In this document: positions 59,387 through 64,000 of the stretch, piece after piece
How the letters are laid out: each line of letters opens with the position of its first letter
Position numbering within the stretch: position 1 is the first letter of the stretch
Virus record (IMG/VR): IMGVR_UViG_3300027770_000025
Coordinates: 62,001-126,000 of that record
Reading direction: 5' to 3' (one strand)
DNA length: 64,000 bases
Program-made: the position numbers and the translations under genes
The notes under the pieces: generated by a model
The model's input: only the letters and a program-made list of their open reading frames with translations
Databases searched by the model: none
What the model was told of the DNA's origin: nothing

Positions 59387-59962
59387 ATGAAAAATCTTAA
59401 GCCATTTGCCATATTCGAGGCTTCTTCATATAGTTACACAATCGACGATGTAAAAAGGTTGCCGTTATTTGGGCTATTAGAAAAACTTGGTTTTTATGAT
59501 TCAACTACCGATAGAATATGGAAAAATAGTAATATGAGAATTTATAACGATCTTCTTTATATGAATGAACCTTCTGAATGTATAACTATCTATGGCAATG
59601 GTCCGGTTAGAAAAACTATTAAAGGTATGTTTGGTACCGGTGCACCCCATATACTAAAGAACTTCAATTCTAATATCTCTTCATTAACAGACTGGAATAT
59701 TAGATTTGCTTATCTCGTTAATTGGGCTAGAAAAAGATATGCTAAACAGGGATTAGCTTTTGATCTATCTAAAATTCCTAATATAGAAAGTTATTTAGAA
59801 TCTATCTATAAAGAAGATATTCCAATCTTTATGGGCATTTACAAAGATTTAGATCAAAGATCTAAAGAATTGTTTCTGAAAAAAATAGGGAAGACCGAGG
59901 ATGATCTAAATAAATTGGTTGCTCTTTATAATAAAGCCACTAACATTATGAAATGGACTTAA
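59387..59962 (+). CDS. CTS-like-tagged hypothetical protein
   Basis: MKNLKPFAIFE; GATATATA at ~59373. Confidence 0.7.
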   Translation: MKNLKPFAIFEASSYSYTIDDVKRLPLFGLLEKLGFYDSTTDRIWKNSNMRIYNDLLYMNEPSECITIYGNGPVRKTIKGMFGTGAPHILKNFNSNISSLTDWNIRFAYLVNWARKRYAKQGLAFDLSKIPNIESYLESIYKEDIPIFMGIYKDLDQRSKELFLKKIGKTEDDLNKLVALYNKATNIMKWT

Positions 59963-60384
59963 TCCATTCTTCTTAGGTCCCTTTCTACGTCTCTCTCCTT
60001 AATAGATTCCCTTTTGTCATAAAGCTTTTTACCTTTAGCTAAAGCTATTTCCATTTTTAGCCTATTCCTTTCGTCTACAAATATCTTAACCGGGATTATG
60101 GTTAACCCTTTGTCTAGTGAGGAGCTTAGTTTTTTTAACTCTTTCTTTCTGAGGAGAAGCTTCTTATCTCTAAGTGCTTCGTGCTGAAAGGATCCAGGAC
60201 CAGGAGTTATTCCCAGTCCTTTCACCCAAAGTTCCCCTTTATCGAAAATGCAATATGTGTCAACCATAGAAGCCTTACCGTCTTTGATCGCCTTTACCTC
60301 GGTGCCAAATAGGCATATCCCTGCGATATAGGTGTCGATGAAAGTGTATTCGAATCTGGCCTTACGATTAACTATCGATTTCAT
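59959..60384 (-). CDS. smpB: SsrA-binding protein SmpB
   Basis: NRKARFEY...AGI.L.GTEVKAI...KLLL...GLTIIP...AKGKKLYDKRE. Confidence 0.95.
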   Translation of the reverse strand: MKSIVNRKARFEYTFIDTYIAGICLFGTEVKAIKDGKASMVDTYCIFDKGELWVKGLGITPGPGSFQHEALRDKKLLLRKKELKKLSSSLDKGLTIIPVKIFVDERNRLKMEIALAKGKKLYDKRESIKERDVERDLRRMD

Positions 60385-60394
60385 TATTTTTGTT

Positions 60395-61246
60395 TTAATC
60401 CGCTGAAACTGCTCTTCCTATTTGTGATTCCCAATCTTTATCGGTTCTAACTTCTCTGTTCTTTTCTATTGAAGCATTTAGAATCTTTGTTGAAATTCCC
60501 ATTTGTTTAGCAACATATTGTAAAGCTGCAATATCCTTAGGAAAACAATGTCCGCCGTATCCCAGATCACCATCAGGACCAGGAACACCCCAATGGGAAT
60601 TACCCAACCTTTCGTCATAACGAGCATATTCGATTACTTTATCGTAATCAATATTAAGCTCCTGACAGATCTGATACATCTCATTAGCAAAAGAAACCTT
60701 AGTAGCTAGAAAAGTATTCGTAACGTACTTAATCATCTCCGCAATAGTCGAGCTGGTTTTAATTACAGGAACTTTGGGAAAAGCTTTAGAGAATATTTGT
60801 TTAACCTTCGTTGTTCCTGGTCTTTCACCTCCGATGATGATTCTATTTTGATTTTTGTAATCATCGTTAGCATTAGCCTCTGTTAAAAATTCTGGATTGA
60901 ATACTATATCAATGTTATCGAATTTTTTATCAAACATCTCTGTTGTTCCTGGTGGAATTGTCGATTTGATAATAACTATATAACCTTCTTTTCCGTGCTC
61001 ATCTACACAATCAGAGATCTCGTTTAAAGCTGAAGATATGATCGAAAGATCACACTCCCCGGTTTTTCTCATTGGGGTAGGTACACATAAGAAAGTGACC
61101 TCAGTGTTTCTTACTACTCCAGATATACCTATAGCATTACTAAATTTCTTTGGATCTTTATCGAAAGCAAATACGTCGAAGTAATTTTTCATTCCTTCGT
61201 ATACTGCGCTTCCAACAAACCCCTGCCCGATAATTCCTATATTCAT
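60395..61246 (-). CDS. UDP-glucose/GDP-mannose dehydrogenase family protein
   Basis: GIIGQGFVG, CVPTP, KSTIPPG, NPEFL, KY..NTFLA.K, GGHCFPKD. Confidence 0.9.
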   Translation of the reverse strand: MNIGIIGQGFVGSAVYEGMKNYFDVFAFDKDPKKFSNAIGISGVVRNTEVTFLCVPTPMRKTGECDLSIISSALNEISDCVDEHGKEGYIVIIKSTIPPGTTEMFDKKFDNIDIVFNPEFLTEANANDDYKNQNRIIIGGERPGTTKVKQIFSKAFPKVPVIKTSSTIAEMIKYVTNTFLATKVSFANEMYQICQELNIDYDKVIEYARYDERLGNSHWGVPGPDGDLGYGGHCFPKDIAALQYVAKQMGISTKILNASIEKNREVRTDKDWESQIGRAVSAD

Positions 61247-61252
61247 ATTAGC

Positions 61253-61936
61253 CTATTTTTTCTTTGGATCTTTTTTAGTAACAACCTCATCAATGATACC
61301 GTACTTAACAGCTGCTTCTGCACTTAACCAGAAATCTCTAGTTGCATCCTTCATTACTTGTTCTGGTTTTTTCCCACAGTAACCGCCGAGAAGATCGAAA
61401 AGAATTTTATTACACTCTTCCCATTCTTGCATGTCGATTTTAGCGTCCTGAATGTTTCCTCTGAAACCACCACTCGATTGGTGTAGCATCACCTTACTAA
61501 ATCTCAATGAGCTACGCTTTCCTTTTGCTCCAGCTCCAAGTAAAACAGATCCCATTGAAGCTGCCATCCCTGTGTTAACTGTTCTGATATCTGCAGAGAT
61601 GTATTCCATTACATCGACCATAGATAAACCAGACTTAACTGATCCACCTGGTGAATCGATGTGCATAGTGATATCTCTGTTATCCACAGAATCCAGATAC
61701 ATTAGCTGTGCCTGAACCACCGTTGACATGTTATCATTAACTTCACCAGCAACCCAAAGAATACGATCACGCATTAAACGTGAGAAGATATCCATTTGGG
61801 TTACCCTCATTTCTCTTTCCTCTAAAATATAAGGTGTCATTGATGCTTGGATTTGCTTATCGAAATAATCTAATTTCAATGAAGAAATGTTATGTTCGCT
61901 TCTAGCGTACTTTTCAAATTCTGATTTTTGGTTCAT
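61253..61936 (-). CDS. clpP: ATP-dependent Clp protease proteolytic subunit
   Basis: DIFSRL, DSPGGSV, GMAASMG, MLHQ, RDFW. Confidence 0.95.
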   Translation of the reverse strand: MNQKSEFEKYARSEHNISSLKLDYFDKQIQASMTPYILEEREMRVTQMDIFSRLMRDRILWVAGEVNDNMSTVVQAQLMYLDSVDNRDITMHIDSPGGSVKSGLSMVDVMEYISADIRTVNTGMAASMGSVLLGAGAKGKRSSLRFSKVMLHQSSGGFRGNIQDAKIDMQEWEECNKILFDLLGGYCGKKPEQVMKDATRDFWLSAEAAVKYGIIDEVVTKKDPKKK

Positions 61937-61945
61937 ATTCTATTT

Positions 61946-62281
61946 TTAATTGTTTTCTTTTTTTAACTCATCCCACACCACTTTTGTTTCATAAAAGCAT
62001 GTGAGTTTAATTCCGCCTTCAACAAATTCCATTGCTTCGACTATAAGTCCTTCCCATTCTGTCTCATAGTAACCCATATCAGCTCCTGGTTGATTTTCAT
62101 GTTCGACTGTGGTGTAAGGTCCTCCCGGAGGATCAAACATTATAAGCTTATTGTCATCGGTGACTGAAGTCCGATAAAAATCTGCAGAGTATCCTGACAT
62201 TATAAATTCGGTCAGGGATATTCTTTCAACTACTATCTTATCTGAATGGCGATTTATATAAATTGATTCTTTAATATTCAT
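61946..62281 (-). CDS. Hypothetical protein
   Basis: FDPPGGPY motif. Confidence 0.65.
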   Translation of the reverse strand: MNIKESIYINRHSDKIVVERISLTEFIMSGYSADFYRTSVTDDNKLIMFDPPGGPYTTVEHENQPGADMGYYETEWEGLIVEAMEFVEGGIKLTCFYETKVVWDELKKENN

Positions 62282-62416
62282 ATTCTACTTGGATATTTAT
62301 ATTTTTAGATTATAGACGCAAACTTAATTAATAATCCCGGTATATAAAAATAAATTATTGGTTTATCCCGGATCCTTTATCATAAAATAGTGTATAACCC
62401 CTATAAATTAATTAAA

Positions 62417-63001
62417 ATGAAGGAGAATCAGGAGTCACGTTTAATCTCGATAATAGGTGCACCGAGTTCAGGTAAGTCCACGCTTGCAACATCTATACAT
62501 CACGGATTAAAGATATCAAAAAGAAATTCTGTGTTTGTTGGGGAAGCAGCAACGGACTATATTGCAGAGTGGGGGATACCAAATACACCCACCGATCAAA
62601 TCATCATATTCTATAAGCAACTCGGTAGGGAAAGAATGTATGTTGGATCTAAAGAGTTTATCATCTGTGATTCTAGCTCTATTCTAAACTACTTCTATTT
62701 CAGATCTTTATTTAGCCCTGTTTTAAGCTTAAAGGATATAGCAACAATAAATCATTTACAGAAGGAAATTCTAAAGTCCTTAAGTCAGTGGCATAAAATA
62801 TATTATGTCCCGCCGTTTCTTGATGAAGAAGATCAGAACGATGGTATAAGATACCATAACAAAGAGCAGATAATTAAATTGGATTTGATAATAAAGAATT
62901 ATCTTGAACTTGAAAGAATTCCGTATATCGATCTTTCATCAATACCAATGGAAGAAAGAGATAAATGGATTTTGAATGATCTTACTAAACCACGTAAGTA
63001 A
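62417..63001 (+). CDS. NadR/AAA_28-like P-loop kinase (start revised)
   Basis: IIGAPSSGKST, E.A, IICDS, DGIR. Confidence 0.75.
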   Translation: MKENQESRLISIIGAPSSGKSTLATSIHHGLKISKRNSVFVGEAATDYIAEWGIPNTPTDQIIIFYKQLGRERMYVGSKEFIICDSSSILNYFYFRSLFSPVLSLKDIATINHLQKEILKSLSQWHKIYYVPPFLDEEDQNDGIRYHNKEQIIKLDLIIKNYLELERIPYIDLSSIPMEERDKWILNDLTKPRK

Positions 63002-63445
63002 TTAGAAAACTGGTATAATAGCCCAAGGTTCTGCAGGGAGCCAATATTGTGCATCATCTATAACCTTTTGCATTTGCTGTACATTTATAGTATTTCTCCA
63101 GTTAGGAGTTTTATTTTTATTTAACCCTATATTAAACCCTGTCATACCAACCCATTTTTTGAGATACTCTTTTGTTGGCATAACTTTTTTATAAGATAAT
63201 TTTCCATCCTTATATCCCATAATATAAATCTCTTCATACAAATTAGTCATATAAACAGGTATCCCTGGCTTATTTCCGACCTTCATTCTGGATAATTCCT
63301 GAACATATTTAACCGGCATAAGAAAAACATAGCTTTTATCTTCTCTATCTTTCTGAGGATTACCCTTAATAAAAACCCATCCTCCCTGTGTCCATGGTAG
63401 GGTGCCTTCATTTAGCCAGATTTGATATTCTAGTAAGTTTTCCAC
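63002..63445 (-). CDS. CTS-like-tagged hypothetical protein
   Basis: ENLLEYQIWLNE; GATATATA-like motif upstream. Confidence 0.65.
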   Translation of the reverse strand: MENLLEYQIWLNEGTLPWTQGGWVFIKGNPQKDREDKSYVFLMPVKYVQELSRMKVGNKPGIPVYMTNLYEEIYIMGYKDGKLSYKKVMPTKEYLKKWVGMTGFNIGLNKNKTPNWRNTINVQQMQKVIDDAQYWLPAEPWAIIPVF

Positions 63446-63514
63446 ACCTTATATATCAAATCTATAAGATATATATAATGTAAAAAAAAACAGATATATA
63501 AAAATAAATACAAA

Positions 63515-63985
63515 ATGGAAAACATATTAGAATTTGAAACGTTTAATCCTCAAGCTACAGGATCTGCTCCAGCAGGAGTTGAAGTAGCACCTCCGGTTTT
63601 TGGTAATATAGATTTTACCATGTCGGGAGTATCTGATGATGCTATGAAGCTTATTGCAGGACTTATGGCTCAATCGGTATTAGCATCAGGTGAAGCTGAA
63701 AGAATAGCTAGAATGGCAGATACAGACCCAGCTTCGGCAGCGTCTTATCTACAAAAGAAGGTGGAAGGGATCTTAATTGGAGTTCCGGGATTAGCTCCTA
63801 CATTTATTCAGTCTATGAAATCTCAATCTTCAAATATTTCTAAGATTATGGTTCAAACAATTCCAGGATTACTTGGTAGCTTAACAGATAAAGATATTGA
63901 AGCAAACGAATTAAAACCAGATACATCTAAAGCATCTTTCCTAAGTAAACTTAGCGGATTTTTTGCTGACAATCAGGGAGCATAA
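63515..63985 (+). CDS. CTS-like-tagged hypothetical protein
   Basis: MENILEFETF; GATATATA at ~63493. Confidence 0.7.
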   Translation: MENILEFETFNPQATGSAPAGVEVAPPVFGNIDFTMSGVSDDAMKLIAGLMAQSVLASGEAERIARMADTDPASAASYLQKKVEGILIGVPGLAPTFIQSMKSQSSNISKIMVQTIPGLLGSLTDKDIEANELKPDTSKASFLSKLSGFFADNQGA

Positions 63986-64000
63986 TCACTATGAGGTCTA

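Larger units (their letters stand above)
10898..63500. promoter_or_regulatory. Dispersed GATATATA putative late promoter (~25-30 copies)
   Basis: Typically within ~5-45 nt upstream of tagged genes, e.g. 10898, 18395, 27000, 37390, 42173, 44136, 47009, 49311, 50963, 52557; seen as tatatatc for minus-strand genes. Confidence 0.75.

Noticed and set aside
1-64000. Stop-codon reassignment as in some large Bacteroidota phages
   Set aside because: Conserved genes are full length under code 11; TAG ends clpP and TGA ends several tightly packed genes.

Overview
The window is best read as 64 kb of a large (jumbo-type) tailed phage genome, probably infecting Bacteroidota. Support: a Bacteroidota-type primary sigma factor homologue, TAnnTTTG -7 promoter boxes, DUF2452/WYL_2-like genes, and phage-style SmpB, ClpP, tRNA(CAT) and sugar-modification genes. 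The standard code appears to be used. Three zones: (i) 1-11.7 kb: a glycosylation cluster, a sigma factor and late genes. (ii) ~12.2-35.6 kb: an almost entirely minus-strand early region of ~50 small genes built as promoter-gene-terminator units. It has ~30 copies of one promoter (TTTTTTATCCCG-N~10-TTAT(A/C)TTTG), ~22 intergenic copies of a GGGAACGTTGAC element and 7 copies of an AGTATG-N7-CATACT palindrome. Several genes sit between near-identical 43-65 bp direct repeats that contain the GGGAACGTTGAC element, as if inserted as cassettes with repeat duplication. (iii) 35.7-64 kb: mostly late genes behind a GATATATA motif. About 35 proteins in the window carry an N-terminal MKxIKxFExF..(N)E tag resembling the T4 capsid-targeting sequence. 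They include four intact and one broken 22-aa LRR proteins whose repeat modules are shuffled between paralogues and hypervariable at the predicted binding face. The strongest candidates for an undescribed system are (a) the repeat-bounded gene-cassette array and (b) a capsid-packaged, recombining, VLR-like LRR binder repertoire using a portable targeting tag. All family calls are from motif recognition by eye; no searches were run and counts are hand counts.
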